A stretch of DNA of 64,000 nucleotides from Vulcanimicrobiales bacterium (GCA_038215615.1 JBBQQR010000002.1:32001-96000), one strand, 5' to 3'. Shown: positions 1-10,453, numbered from the stretch's first letter. The notes: generated by a model from the letters alone, not told the origin. Made by a program: numbers and translations.

Positions 1-2
1 AC

Positions 3-590
3 GTCGTCTACAACGGCGTTGCAGCCGACTATTGCAATGTAGAGCGGCAGCTTCCGAGCGACATCATCTTGGTTCCGGGCACTGTCGAACGGCGCAAGAA
101 CTTAGAGGTGCTGATTCGCGCGCTTCCGCTGATTGGGGCGCGCATGCGCGTCGTCTCGGCGGGACCGTTCACACCGTATCGCGACGAATGTTTGCGGCTA
201 GCGGAATCGCTGGGCGTGCGCGACCGCGTCGAATTCCGCGGATACATCCGGCGCGCAGCGCTGATCGATTTGTATGCGAAATGCGCGCTCGTTGCCGTTC
301 CGTCACGATACGAAGGCTTCGGCTATGCCGCCGCGCAGGCGCTCTGCGCGGGCGTCCCGGTCGCCGTCTCGGATCAGTCCTCGCTGCCCGAAATCGCGGG
401 CGGCGACGCGCCCGTCATACCCGTCGACGATCCTCAGGCGTGGGCGAGCGCGATTGCGTCTATCGTTGCCGATCCCCAATCAGCGCAAGCGCATAGCGAT
501 GCCGTGCGCGTCCGTTCGATCGAGCGCTTTTCGTGGCAACGCGCGGCCGCGCAAATGGTATCCGTCTATGAGCAGGCGCTAACGAGCTGA
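3..590 (+). CDS. Glycosyltransferase family 4 (GT-B), 5'-truncated by window edge
   Basis: Frame open from the window start (VVYNGV...); GTVERRKN and PSRYEGFG...Q/A motifs typical of GT4. Confidence 0.85.
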   Translation, partial: VVYNGVAADYCNVERQLPSDIILVPGTVERRKNLEVLIRALPLIGARMRVVSAGPFTPYRDECLRLAESLGVRDRVEFRGYIRRAALIDLYAKCALVAVPSRYEGFGYAAAQALCAGVPVAVSDQSSLPEIAGGDAPVIPVDDPQAWASAIASIVADPQSAQAHSDAVRVRSIERFSWQRAAAQMVSVYEQALTS

Positions 591-674
591 GCGTTATGCC
601 GGTTCACACGGAGTGCAGCCCGGCACAGGACGTGCCCGGCAAGCGCCCGTGGGAACGGGCATAACGCTCAGCTC
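584..674. repeat. Long imperfect palindrome between convergent genes (REP-like element or bidirectional terminator)
   Basis: 17-bp perfect arms GAGCTGAGCGTTATGCC (584-600) / GGCATAACGCTCAGCTC (658-674); inner stems GTTC/GAAC, CACGG/CCGTG, GGCAC/GTGCC; apical loop AGGAC. Confidence 0.75.
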
Positions 675-677
675 TCG

Positions 678-2285
678 TTAGTAAACCGGCGAACCCGGTG
701 CGCCGGGCGCCACACTGCCGTCGTCGGGTGCGAAGATCAAGCGCAGCGGATAGCTCGAGCCGCTTTCGGGAATTGTGACGATCGTGACGCGCAAGAAGCC
801 GCGCGCCGGGACGACGTACTGCCGGATCTTGTAGCGCGAAAACGCGGGAACGCCATGCGATTGGATCAGCACGCCGTCTATGACGTATGTGCCGGTAGCG
901 CGCCCGCCGCGCGGATTCTCGTAGATCGCGATCGCTTGCGGCCTATTCGTTGGGTTCGTCACTTTAACGACGAAGCTTTGCTTTACGCCATAGTCGCCGG
1001 AGAGCGCTTCGCCTTGCATGACGTTGGGAAGCGGAATGTCGCCGATCGGCAGTTCCAGGTAATCCGCGTCGCTGCTCCACGTTCGCGAATAGTGGAACTC
1101 CGGAATACTGTAGAGTCCGCGCGCGTGGCGCTGGCCGCCTTGCAGCAAGTCGGTTCCAGTGAGCGGTTCGTCGGACGAGCTGGTTGCGTTCTGCACGAAG
1201 AGCGTTAAGTGCACGGTGCTGCCGTTGAGCACGCGCAGCTGGAGAAGCCCGCACACGACCGCGTTGGGCGGAAGATCTTGCTGCGCGAGCAGCAGGGTTC
1301 CACTGCCGGGTATGGTGATGATGCGGCCCTCGTTTTGGACTTGGCGCTCGAGGAAGCGTTTGGTGGCAGCGTGGCCGACCTCCATTTCGTTGGGAGCGGG
1401 GCCGGCAAGCCCTGAAATGAACTGCAGCTGCGCCGGCTGGGTCGATCGGTTTTCAGCGCGCAAAACGATCCGCCGCGCGGGTTCGCCCGGTGGATTAAAA
1501 TGAAAGTACAGAAAGCGTGAAGGTTGCGCGCGTTCGAGGTCGGCGGCGAAGAGAACGCCGTTGGCCGCGAGCCGTTCGGGGTAGTCGCTGACCATAAGCG
1601 AGTCGGGCAGAATCGCGGGCGCCGCGACGTTTTCCACACGAACGTGGGTGGTGCCGGAGACCGAGAAGTATTGCTCGCCCTGCAGCAGCACCGGAACGTC
1701 GACGACGGCGATGTCGTCTTGCTGCAGAGGCTGATTGTAATTCACCAGATCGGTCGTGACGATTGCCTGCGCGCCGGGACGCACTTGCAGCAGCGCTGCC
1801 GCGGTCGCCGCGGCCTCTTGCTTGACGAACTCGGCGCTGGCGGGATCGCCCGTAATGCGGATCGATGCGGCGTCAGCGATGCTGCCGGCGTTATACGCGA
1901 CGCGAACTTGGAGCTGTGCGCTGATGGCGCGCTGATCCGTGATCGTGACGATAGCGGAGCCCGGAGATTTTCCAGTGAGCGTGAGCGTCTGCGTCGCTTG
2001 ATCGATCGTTCCGTCGGCTACCGCCGGATTCGAAATCACAAGCGTCAGCTGGCCCAGCGCGGACATGATGTGGACCGTGGTCTGGGCGCCGACCGACACC
2101 TGCGCCGAGGCCGGCAATACGACGATGGGCGGTTGGGTCGGTGCGGGACTCGGGGTTCCGGCAGCCGGCGAAGCGCTGGGCGAGGGCGCGGGAACTTGTC
2201 CGCGCGCGAGGAGCGCGGTCGAGCCGGCGGCGCAAACAAAAACAGAAGCGGCCGCGACTATCGCGGCGAGTGGGGTTCGCTCCAT
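678..2285 (-). CDS. Exported hypothetical protein with N-terminal pilus-formation/Ig-like domain
   Basis: 535 aa; signal peptide, Pro-rich linker, SNPAVA...LTLTGKSPGSAIVTITD segment resembling T2SS/T3SS pilus N-terminal or Ig-like domains. Confidence 0.55.
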   Translation of the reverse strand: MERTPLAAIVAAASVFVCAAGSTALLARGQVPAPSPSASPAAGTPSPAPTQPPIVVLPASAQVSVGAQTTVHIMSALGQLTLVISNPAVADGTIDQATQTLTLTGKSPGSAIVTITDQRAISAQLQVRVAYNAGSIADAASIRITGDPASAEFVKQEAAATAAALLQVRPGAQAIVTTDLVNYNQPLQQDDIAVVDVPVLLQGEQYFSVSGTTHVRVENVAAPAILPDSLMVSDYPERLAANGVLFAADLERAQPSRFLYFHFNPPGEPARRIVLRAENRSTQPAQLQFISGLAGPAPNEMEVGHAATKRFLERQVQNEGRIITIPGSGTLLLAQQDLPPNAVVCGLLQLRVLNGSTVHLTLFVQNATSSSDEPLTGTDLLQGGQRHARGLYSIPEFHYSRTWSSDADYLELPIGDIPLPNVMQGEALSGDYGVKQSFVVKVTNPTNRPQAIAIYENPRGGRATGTYVIDGVLIQSHGVPAFSRYKIRQYVVPARGFLRVTIVTIPESGSSYPLRLIFAPDDGSVAPGAPGSPVY

Positions 2286-2292
2286 CTTTCGC

Positions 2293-3936
2293 TTACGCGA
2301 TTTTGGCTACTTCGCGGCTTACCGCTGAGGCAAGCAGCGTTTTATAGCCCACACTTGGGAAGAGCACGGTTACCAAGTCTTTTTCGGCGCGCTCGACCGT
2401 GCCCTGTCCGAATTTGGGATGATAAACAATATCGGCGATGCGGAAGCCGGATTCGTCCGGCGCGGGCCTGCCGTTGTGCAGGGCGATGCGGGGGCGGCGG
2501 CAGTTGTCGCACGCGCCGCAATTGGTGCGGTCGAACCCTTCACCGAAGTAATTCAGAATGAACCGGCGGCGGCACGAGGTCGTCTCGGCGTACTGCAGCA
2601 TCATCGCCAGTTTGCTCTGATCGTACGACTTCTTGGTTTCGTAGTTGGCCAGGTTCAATAGCATCGCTTCGTTGTTGCGCGCAGCGTCGGTCAGTGCATA
2701 CTTCAAACGGCTCGGCGTTTCGATGAAGCCGCCTTTTTTCAGGATCGCCAGAATCACTTTGAGCTTGGTCAGCGGCAGCTGCAGAATCTTGCGCAGGTCG
2801 GTCATTGAGACTCCGCCCGACTGAGCGGCGAATATCTGTAGCGTACCAAAAACTTTCTGCACTTCTTCGATATCCGGATACTTGCCGGTCAGGAAGTAAT
2901 TTTGCACGCGCGTATCGCTCATACGGTAGATCAGGATGCAGCGCGAAGGCAGTCCGTCGCGTCCTGCACGGCCGGCTTCCTGCGTGTAGGCCTCCACCGA
3001 GCCCGGCAGATCGTAATGCACGACGAAACGGATGTTGGGTTTGTCGATTCCCAAACCGAACGCATTGGTCGCGACCACCGCGCGTATGTGCTCGTTCATG
3101 AACAGCTCGTGCACCGAGGTGCGGTCCTGTTTCTGCAATTTCGAGTGATAGACTGCGGCGGGAATGTCGAGCTCGTCTTGCAGATACTGCTGCACTTCCA
3201 TCGCGTTTTTGATGGTCGCCGTATAGATGATGCCGGTGCCTTCCAACTCGTCGCCCAAGAAAAGCCGGCGAAGAATCTTCAACTTGTCGGGTTCTTTTTC
3301 GGCGCGCCGCACATCGTAAATGAGATTGGGGCGGTCGAATCCGCGTACGATCGGTTTGACGTTCGGAATGCCGAGCTGGTGCAAGATGTCTTCGCGCACC
3401 GCGGGCGTGGCGGTTGCGGTAAGCGCCAGTACGGTCGGATGGCCGAGTCGCGCAATGACACTGCCCAGCGCCAGATAGGCCGGCCGGAAATCATGGCCCC
3501 ACTGACTGATGCAATGTGCCTCGTCCACCACGAAGAGCGGCACGGAGATTTCGCCGAGCAACCGCAGAAAACGCTCGTCCTCGAGCTTTTCGGGTGTGAC
3601 GAAGACGATCTTTAGGTTCTTGCTGCGCACGCGGTCGATCGCGGCGGCTTCCTGGTCTTCGGAGAGCGTCGAATTGAGCGCGACCACTTCGTTGACGCCC
3701 AGATCGCGCAGCATGTCGAGCTGATCTTTCATGAGCGCGATGAGCGGGTTGACCACGACGGTGGTGCCTTCGAGCAGCAAAGCAGGCAGCTGATAGGTGA
3801 GGCTCTTGCCGGCGCCCGTAGCGAGGATCGCCAGCGTGTCTTCGCCGGACATGATCCGGGTGACGACCTCTTCCTGGCCCGATTGGAACTCTTCGAAGCC
3901 GAACTTCTCACGAAGCGCGGCCCGCAGGTCGATCAT
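2293..3936 (-). CDS. recQ: RecQ-family ATP-dependent DNA helicase
   Basis: [46 protein letters not shown], Zn domain CRR..LNYFGE..CGACDNC. Confidence 0.93.
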   Translation of the reverse strand: MIDLRAALREKFGFEEFQSGQEEVVTRIMSGEDTLAILATGAGKSLTYQLPALLLEGTTVVVNPLIALMKDQLDMLRDLGVNEVVALNSTLSEDQEAAAIDRVRSKNLKIVFVTPEKLEDERFLRLLGEISVPLFVVDEAHCISQWGHDFRPAYLALGSVIARLGHPTVLALTATATPAVREDILHQLGIPNVKPIVRGFDRPNLIYDVRRAEKEPDKLKILRRLFLGDELEGTGIIYTATIKNAMEVQQYLQDELDIPAAVYHSKLQKQDRTSVHELFMNEHIRAVVATNAFGLGIDKPNIRFVVHYDLPGSVEAYTQEAGRAGRDGLPSRCILIYRMSDTRVQNYFLTGKYPDIEEVQKVFGTLQIFAAQSGGVSMTDLRKILQLPLTKLKVILAILKKGGFIETPSRLKYALTDAARNNEAMLLNLANYETKKSYDQSKLAMMLQYAETTSCRRRFILNYFGEGFDRTNCGACDNCRRPRIALHNGRPAPDESGFRIADIVYHPKFGQGTVERAEKDLVTVLFPSVGYKTLLASAVSREVAKIA

Positions 3937-4060
3937 TCTCTCTCCGCTGCACGCCCGTCCGGACGCGCGATTCCGCCTCTTTGTTAAAGAAAAGAAGCGC
4001 TAAGCGTGGCAAGTATACCCCGCGGCAGGCGGGCCGAAACGCCGAAAAGTACTATCGGGT

Positions 4061-5626
4061 GTGTCCCTGTATCGCGATTGGCGGCCCAAGAGTTTCGCGG
4101 ACTTGGTCGGCCAAGAAGCCGTCGTCCGCACGCTGACCAGCGCGATCTCCGGCGGCAAGCTGGCCCACGCGTACCTCTTCTCAGGCCCCCGCGGTTCGGG
4201 GAAAACCTCGGCTGCCAAAATCTTGGCGCGCTGCATCGACTGCGTCAACGGTCCGACTCCCACGCCCGATAACACCTGCGAAAACTGCCGCGCGATCCTC
4301 TCCGGTACCGCGCTCGACGTGCTCGAGATCGATGCGGCCAGCAATCGCGGTATCGACGAAATTCGCGCGCTGCGCGACGCGGTGAAATTTGCGCCCGCGG
4401 CGATGCGCATGAAAGTGTATATCATCGACGAGGCGCACATGCTCACCAAAGAAGGCGCCAACGCGTTTTTGAAAACGCTGGAAGAGCCTCCGCCGCATGC
4501 GGTGTTCATTCTGGCGACGACCGAGCCGGAAAAACTTCCGCTGACGATCCTTTCGCGCTGTCAGCGCTATGCGTTCAGACGCATCGCCATCCCGGTCATG
4601 ATCGAACGCATGCGCGAGATCGCCGCCGCCGAAAAAATTCCGATCGACGACTCGGCGCTTTCCGCCATCGCGTACCGCGCCGACGGCGGACTGCGCGACG
4701 CGCTGACGATGCTCGAACAAGCCGCCGCGTTTGCCGACGGCAAGATCGATGCGGCCACCGTCGAGCTGGCGTTCGGGGCCAGCGGACGGACGTACGCGCG
4801 TACGCTGGTCGACCGCGCCAGCGCGCGAGATGCCGCCGGCGTGCTGAAGACCATCGACGAAGCGAGCGACGCCGGCACCGATATGCAAGTGCTGATCCGC
4901 GGCATGATCGCCGAGTTTCGCAACCTCTTGGTCGCGCGAATCGATCCGGCGCTGCTCGCGCGCGATCTCGCGCCCGCCGACGCAGATGCAGCCGTCGCGC
5001 GAGGCAAGGAACTCAACCAAGCGCAGATCGTGCGCGCGCTGCGTCTTTTAGCGGAGGCGCTTTCAACGGTTCGCTCGAGCGGCAATCCGCGTCTCGAGTT
5101 GGAAACCGCGCTTCTTCGTTTTACGTTGGCAGCTGAGGATCCGACACTGGACGCCATCGCGTCGCGCGTCAGCGTTCTCGAATCCGGCACGCCTCAACCG
5201 GTCGCGCCGCAAGCAGACACACCAAAATCCGCCGCAAAACCGGCCGCACCAAAACCTGACGAACCGCCGCCGGCGGTCGCGCAGGCGAGCTCGAACGGCC
5301 CGCTCACAATTCAAAAAGTCCGCTCGGCGTGGCAGTCGATTCGCACCCGCGTCGAAGGCGAGCGTCAATCACTGCGGACGCAGCTCTCGCGCGCGCAACC
5401 CGAAGCGATCGAAGGCAATGCGCTGGTGATCAAGCTGCCCAACGCAATATTTGCCGAAACGCTCAAAGAGAACGCGAAGATGATCGAAGATGCGATTGCG
5501 GAAGTGCTGGGCACGCCGTTGCGCGTTCGTTTTCGAGTTGAAGTCGCATCCAAAAACGCGTCTCCTGCGCCGCCGCCCGACGATCCCGACGAACTCCTTT
5601 CTTACATCAACGAACGGATGATCTAA
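4061..5626 (+). CDS. dnaX: DNA polymerase III subunit gamma/tau
   Basis: LYRDWRPKSFADLVGQ, HAYLFSGPRGSGKTS, EIDAASNRG, IIDEAHML, SRC motif; synteny with ybaB-recR. Confidence 0.96.
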   Translation: MSLYRDWRPKSFADLVGQEAVVRTLTSAISGGKLAHAYLFSGPRGSGKTSAAKILARCIDCVNGPTPTPDNTCENCRAILSGTALDVLEIDAASNRGIDEIRALRDAVKFAPAAMRMKVYIIDEAHMLTKEGANAFLKTLEEPPPHAVFILATTEPEKLPLTILSRCQRYAFRRIAIPVMIERMREIAAAEKIPIDDSALSAIAYRADGGLRDALTMLEQAAAFADGKIDAATVELAFGASGRTYARTLVDRASARDAAGVLKTIDEASDAGTDMQVLIRGMIAEFRNLLVARIDPALLARDLAPADADAAVARGKELNQAQIVRALRLLAEALSTVRSSGNPRLELETALLRFTLAAEDPTLDAIASRVSVLESGTPQPVAPQADTPKSAAKPAAPKPDEPPPAVAQASSNGPLTIQKVRSAWQSIRTRVEGERQSLRTQLSRAQPEAIEGNALVIKLPNAIFAETLKENAKMIEDAIAEVLGTPLRVRFRVEVASKNASPAPPPDDPDELLSYINERMI

Positions 5627-5935
5627 ATGAACCAGGCCAACATGATGGCGCAGATGCGCAAGATGCAGCAAGAGATGACCAAAGCGCAGGAAGAGCTTGC
5701 GGAAACCGTCGTAACGGGCAACGCGGGCGGCGAGGCCGTGCGCGTAGAGATGACGTGCGATCATCGCGTGAAGGCCGTGAAAATCGCCGCCGAAGTAATC
5801 GATCCGGATGACGCCGAGACGCTCGAAGATCTGATCGTCGTGGCTTGCAACGATGCGCTCAGAAAAGCCGACGAGGCTACTCAATCGCGCATGGGCCAAG
5901 TTACGGGCGGCTTGCGCATACCCGGCTTGTCGTAA
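5627..5935 (+). CDS. ybaB: YbaB/EbfC family nucleoid-associated protein
   Basis: KMQQEM..AQEEL, DPDDAETLEDLIVVA.NDAL; located between dnaX and recR. Confidence 0.93.
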   Translation: MNQANMMAQMRKMQQEMTKAQEELAETVVTGNAGGEAVRVEMTCDHRVKAVKIAAEVIDPDDAETLEDLIVVACNDALRKADEATQSRMGQVTGGLRIPGLS

Positions 5936-6544
5936 GTGCCCAGCTCCGGCACCATCGCGGGCCCGGTTCAAGCACTCATTAACGAACTCAGCAAGCTGCC
6001 GACCATCGGTCCAAAAACGGCGGCGCGGCTTGTGTTTTACTTGCTGAACCGTCCGCGCAACGAAGCGCAGTCCCTCGCCGAGGCGATCCTTGCGGTGAAA
6101 GATCGCGTGCGCTTGTGTTCCAATTGCTTTTCGATCACGGAAGAGGATCCGTGTCTGATCTGCACCGACGAGCGCCGCGACGCCACGACGATCTGCGTGG
6201 TTGCGGAAGCCAAAGATATTTTCGCGCTCGAACGCACCGGCGCGTACAAGGGCCGCTATCACGTGCTCGGCGGGTTGATCTCGCCGATGGACGGCATCGG
6301 TCCCGCGCAATTACGCCTCAAAGAACTGGTCGATCGCGTCGGTAAGGAAAACCCGCACGAAATTATTTTAGCGACCAATCCGAACGCGGAGGGTGAAGCC
6401 ACCGCGGTCTATCTTTCGCGTCTGCTGACGCCGCTCGTTTCGGCCGTGACGAGACTTGCGTACGGATTGCCCATCGGCGGCGATTTGGATTATGCCGATG
6501 AGGTGACGCTGGCGAAAGCCATCGAAGGCCGCCGCACGCTCTAG
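5936..6544 (+). CDS. recR: Recombination mediator RecR
   Basis: LPTIGPKTAARL HhH, C4 zinc finger, YHVLGGLISPMDGIGP, TOPRIM ATNPNAEGEAT. Confidence 0.97.
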   Translation: MPSSGTIAGPVQALINELSKLPTIGPKTAARLVFYLLNRPRNEAQSLAEAILAVKDRVRLCSNCFSITEEDPCLICTDERRDATTICVVAEAKDIFALERTGAYKGRYHVLGGLISPMDGIGPAQLRLKELVDRVGKENPHEIILATNPNAEGEATAVYLSRLLTPLVSAVTRLAYGLPIGGDLDYADEVTLAKAIEGRRTL

Positions 6545-6559
6545 CCGGAAAGTTCTCCT

Positions 6560-9244
6560 ATGCACCCGCTGCCTCAGACCGGTGTGCTGACTTTTGTTTT
6601 CACGGATATAGAAGGCAGCACGACTCGCTGGGATCGCGCGCCCGACGCCATGGCGCAGGCGCTCGCGTTGCACGACGCGATCGTTTCCGAAACTTTACAA
6701 GCGCACGGCGGCAACGTCTTCAAGCGTTTGGGTGATGGATTTTGCTGCGTCTTCCCCGTGCCGGCTCGCGCGGCCGAAGCTGCCGTGGAAATCCAACGGA
6801 AGCTTGCAAGCCAAGCGTGGGATCGAGCGGTCGGCGAAGTGCGTATTCGCATCGGACTCCACACGGGCAACGCGCTGTCGGCCGACGACGACTATTTTGG
6901 CCCGGCACTCAACCGCGCGGCGCGCCTGATGGCATGCGGTTACGGCGGCCAAATATTGCTGTCGTCGGCAACCGCCGCACTCGTAAACGGCGAGCTGCCG
7001 CCCGGAATCGATTGCGTAAGTTTGGGCACTCACCGTTTGCGCGATCTGGCTGAACCCGAAACGATCTTTCAACTCTGTGCTCCGGAATTGCGGCGGGACT
7101 TTCCGCCGCCGCGAACGCTCGACTTTCGTCCGAACAACTTGCCGCTGGAACTCTCCAGCTTCGTCGGCCGGGACGGCGAGCTGGCGGAACTGCACGATCT
7201 GATCCTGCGCGCGCGCTTGGTGACGATCGCGGGCCCCGGCGGAATCGGCAAGACGCGGCTCGCTTTGCACGCGGCCAGCGATCTGCTCGACGATTTTCAC
7301 GACGGCGTGTGGTTTGTGCGGCTCGCGCCGACGTCGGACGCGAATTTGATTCCGCAGGTAATCGCTGCGGCGCTCGGGGTCGGCGAGGCGGCGGCGGAGC
7401 CGATCGAGGCAACGCTCGTGCGCGAGATCGCACACAAACGCATGCTGCTCGTCTTAGATAATGCCGAACATCTGCTTCCAGCGTTGTCGGAACGGGTGCG
7501 CATCATGATGGAGGCGGCCAAAGATCTCCATATCTTGGTGACCAGCCGCCAGCCGCTGCACCGGAGCGGCGAGCAAGTCTACCGGCTTGGACCGATCGAC
7601 CAAATTGCGGCGAACCGTCTCTTTATCGAACGCGCGCAAGCGGCGGTCCACGATTTCAAACCGGGAAGCGTCGATGCGGACGACCTGGCGGCGATTGCCC
7701 AAACGCTGCAGGGCATTCCGCTTGCGATCGAATTGTCGGCGGGACGTCTCACGACACTTTCGCTCCATCAAATTCGCGAGCGGCTTGGCGCACAGCTTGC
7801 GTTTCTTCAATCGTCTTCGGCCGAGGACAACCGCCACCGCACTCTTCGAGAAACGACGGCTTGGAGCTACGACCTGTTAGGACCTGATGAGCGCACCCTC
7901 TTGGAACGGTTTGCAGTTTTCGTCGACGGGTTTACGCTTGAGGCCGGCGAGCATATCGCGGCCGATGCGGCCGTTCTCGATCTGCTCGAAGCACTCGTGG
8001 ACAAATCGTTCCTGGTCGTCGATCGGTCCACTGCGCGATACCGGATGCTTGAAGTTATTCGCGAGTTCGCCTGCGAGCGAGCCGATGCGGACCTGCTGGA
8101 ATCCGCGCGCCGGGCGCACTTTTCGTTCTTTGCAGCATTCGCGCAACAGGGAAAACGGTCGCTGCCTCACGGCGAGCTGGGCGATTGGCTCAATCACACG
8201 GATGCCGACGTAGCGAATATTCGCGCGGCCCTCGAGCACGGATTCACCAACGCGCGGCCCGAGCTGGGAGAAATGCTCACCGGCCTATTCAGATTCTGGT
8301 ACATACGTCGCACCGTGAAAGAAGCGCGCACCTGGCTTCAGCGGTACATCGAAACTGTCGCCGGCACATCGCCGCAGCTGCCGGGCGTTCTGCGGCGCGC
8401 GTCGGCATTTGCCAGTATCGAGGGCGACTATACGGGAGCGGACGCTCTGGCCAAACACGCGCTTACGCTCTATCATGCATCCGGCGACGAGGCGGGGATC
8501 CTGGAAGCGCTGCATGCGCTGGCAGTCAACGAAACACGGCGAGGAAATTATGCAGGAGCGGAACGGCTCTATGGAGACATTGCTTCGCGCTGCAACGACT
8601 CCGGGCAGGAACGCGCAGCCGTTACCTCTGACGCAAATCGCGCTTCGATCCGGTTAAAAGCAGGCGATATCGAAGGCGCAGAGCGACTGCTCGCGGAGTG
8701 CTCGAGGCGAGCCGAAAAGTTGGGCGATGACGATGTATTCGCTACGGTCGTGGCACTGCAGGGAACGTTAGCATTCAAATGCGGAAAATTTGATACCGCC
8801 GGCGATCTCTTTCGCCGCGCGCTCGCGACCAAGAAAGAACTGAAGAACGAGTTCGGCATCGCCGAGGTGAGCGCGGCCCTCGCTGCGGCGTGCGCGCGTC
8901 TTGACCGGCAAGCAGAAGCTAGTACGTTTGCATGCGATAGCTTGACGATTGCGCTAGACCTTGCCGAAGCCCGGCTCGTCGTCAGCGCGCTCGAAACATG
9001 CGCGCTCGTGGCTATGCAGTGTGACGCGTATGAAACTGCGCGCGATGCGTTCAGCTTGGCTAACACCCAGCGGCGCATGCATTCGGTGCACGAACAAGCG
9101 ACGCTGGGAGCCGAGGATCTCGAGCCGGAGCTGAAACGCCGGTTCGGGAGTTCGTTTGAGATACCGCAGCCGTCCGATTGGAAGTCCGCCGCGCTTGCGA
9201 TCGGAAGCCGCATGCGCGGCGGATCCGCAGTTACCCTTTCTTAG
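6560..9244 (+). CDS. Class III adenylate/guanylate cyclase fused to STAND (NB-ARC-like) ATPase and TPR repeats
   Basis: FTDIEGST, GDGF, DYFGPALNRAARL (cyclase); SFVGR, GPGGIGKTRL, LLVLDNAEH, G.PLAIEL (STAND); helical TPR-like C-terminus. Confidence 0.9.
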   Translation: MHPLPQTGVLTFVFTDIEGSTTRWDRAPDAMAQALALHDAIVSETLQAHGGNVFKRLGDGFCCVFPVPARAAEAAVEIQRKLASQAWDRAVGEVRIRIGLHTGNALSADDDYFGPALNRAARLMACGYGGQILLSSATAALVNGELPPGIDCVSLGTHRLRDLAEPETIFQLCAPELRRDFPPPRTLDFRPNNLPLELSSFVGRDGELAELHDLILRARLVTIAGPGGIGKTRLALHAASDLLDDFHDGVWFVRLAPTSDANLIPQVIAAALGVGEAAAEPIEATLVREIAHKRMLLVLDNAEHLLPALSERVRIMMEAAKDLHILVTSRQPLHRSGEQVYRLGPIDQIAANRLFIERAQAAVHDFKPGSVDADDLAAIAQTLQGIPLAIELSAGRLTTLSLHQIRERLGAQLAFLQSSSAEDNRHRTLRETTAWSYDLLGPDERTLLERFAVFVDGFTLEAGEHIAADAAVLDLLEALVDKSFLVVDRSTARYRMLEVIREFACERADADLLESARRAHFSFFAAFAQQGKRSLPHGELGDWLNHTDADVANIRAALEHGFTNARPELGEMLTGLFRFWYIRRTVKEARTWLQRYIETVAGTSPQLPGVLRRASAFASIEGDYTGADALAKHALTLYHASGDEAGILEALHALAVNETRRGNYAGAERLYGDIASRCNDSGQERAAVTSDANRASIRLKAGDIEGAERLLAECSRRAEKLGDDDVFATVVALQGTLAFKCGKFDTAGDLFRRALATKKELKNEFGIAEVSAALAAACARLDRQAEASTFACDSLTIALDLAEARLVVSALETCALVAMQCDAYETARDAFSLANTQRRMHSVHEQATLGAEDLEPELKRRFGSSFEIPQPSDWKSAALAIGSRMRGGSAVTLS

Positions 9245-9623
9245 TGTAGACCCAAATACCGTAGTGAAGTCTTTTCGGCACGCCTTTGCGGCCGTCGGTT
9301 CCGTGCGGTCTTCCCTCTTCGTCGGTTCCGTACGCACTGGCATCCGATATGAAGAAGAGGGGTGACCAGCCGGCCAGCTTCGGAGGGGACGATTCGCCGG
9401 GCAGCGGCGTCCGCAAGCGAATTCCATAGCTCCCGCGCCGTGACCGGTACTGTTCTGCCTGCGCGACGTCGGACGCGTACTCCAACCCGCTGCTGAAGTA
9501 GCGCAAATCGATGGGCTCGCAACACGCTTGCGCCTTCGCTTCCGTCATTTTTGCCAGCATCAACGCCAGCGCTGCAGTACCGCCGCCCTTCAGGAGCGTT
9601 GCGCGATCGAGTTTGCGATTCAT
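9231..9623 (-). CDS. Hypothetical exported protein, about 130 aa, with Tat-like signal peptide
   Basis: Probable start MNRKLDRATLLKGGGTAALALMLAKMTEAKA-Q within the 9231..9836 ORF; no recognisable domain. Confidence 0.5.
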   Translation of the reverse strand: MNRKLDRATLLKGGGTAALALMLAKMTEAKAQACCEPIDLRYFSSGLEYASDVAQAEQYRSRRGSYGIRLRTPLPGESSPPKLAGWSPLFFISDASAYGTDEEGRPHGTDGRKGVPKRLHYGIWVYTKKG

Positions 9624-9822
9624 TGGATCTTTCGCGGCCGAGGCGAAGTTCCCATCAGGATGGATCCCAAGGCTGCTAATCCGCCGCCTTTCAGCATAGT
9701 CGCGCGGTCGATTCTTTGAGGGATGTTTTTCACACGTAGCTCCTTGTGAGAAGAGAGCAAGGAAGACGAGCAGGCCTTTGGCGGCCCTAGCCGCCACGCC
9801 TGCGACAGTTGAGCTGGGAACG

Positions 9823-9839
9823 ACTCTGTGATACAAAGT
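9823..9839. promoter_or_regulatory. Palindromic operator candidate upstream of the membrane protein/wHTH regulator pair
   Basis: ACTCTG-TGATA-CAAAGT (5/6 inverted repeat), 5 nt before ATG 9845. Confidence 0.45.
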
Positions 9840-9844
9840 AAGAG

Positions 9845-10453
9845 ATGACCGATTTAGAACGAGCCCTGGCCGATATCGCCGAGGTCCGGGAGCGGTTGAG
9901 CGGCGTCCAGCGTTTTCAGGGCTACTCCGGCTTGGCAGCGCTGGTTTCCGCCGGATTTGCGCTGACCGCCGGAGTGGTGCAGTGGCTTATCGTTCCGGCG
10001 GTCGCGTCCGCGCACGACGGGCGGCTGTATTTTGCGATCTGGTTTGCGTGTTGCGCAGCCTCCATGGCTGTCAACTACAGCGCCATCGCGCATTGGTACG
10101 TGAACGATGCAACCGCGCGCGAGCGCTGGCAAACTGCGACGGTCGGCTTTGCGATTTTACCGGCGCTGGTGCTTGGAGCCGCGCTTTCATTCGCGCTCTT
10201 GCGCGCGAACCTGTTCGCGTTTCTTCCCGGTGTATGGTTCGGCTGTTACGGCGTCGGCTTGATCGCTTCGCGGACGATGCTGCCGCGCGCGGTCGTTCCG
10301 GTCTGCGTCGCGTTTCTGGGGGCGGGCACTGCGCTGCTCTTCGCGCCGCCCGCCATCGCGCTGGCGCCGTGGGTTTTGGCGATCGGCTTCGGCGCCGGTC
10401 AAGCGGTCATCGGCACCATCGTCGTACGCGATCGTGAAAGGATAACGGCATGA
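9845..10453 (+). CDS. Hypothetical multi-pass membrane protein
   Basis: N-terminal ALADIAEVRE helix followed by about 6 hydrophobic segments; ATGA overlap with the downstream regulator. Confidence 0.75.
   Translation: MTDLERALADIAEVRERLSGVQRFQGYSGLAALVSAGFALTAGVVQWLIVPAVASAHDGRLYFAIWFACCAASMAVNYSAIAHWYVNDATARERWQTATVGFAILPALVLGAALSFALLRANLFAFLPGVWFGCYGVGLIASRTMLPRAVVPVCVAFLGAGTALLFAPPAIALAPWVLAIGFGAGQAVIGTIVVRDRERITA

Noticed and set aside
3937..4060. SRP RNA (ffs), often found upstream of dnaX
   Set aside because: The gap is short, holds divergent promoter-like sequence, and lacks the conserved SRP domain IV motif
4061..5626. Programmed frameshift in dnaX (gamma/tau)
   Set aside because: No A-AAA-AAG or long A-run with a stimulator was seen at the expected position
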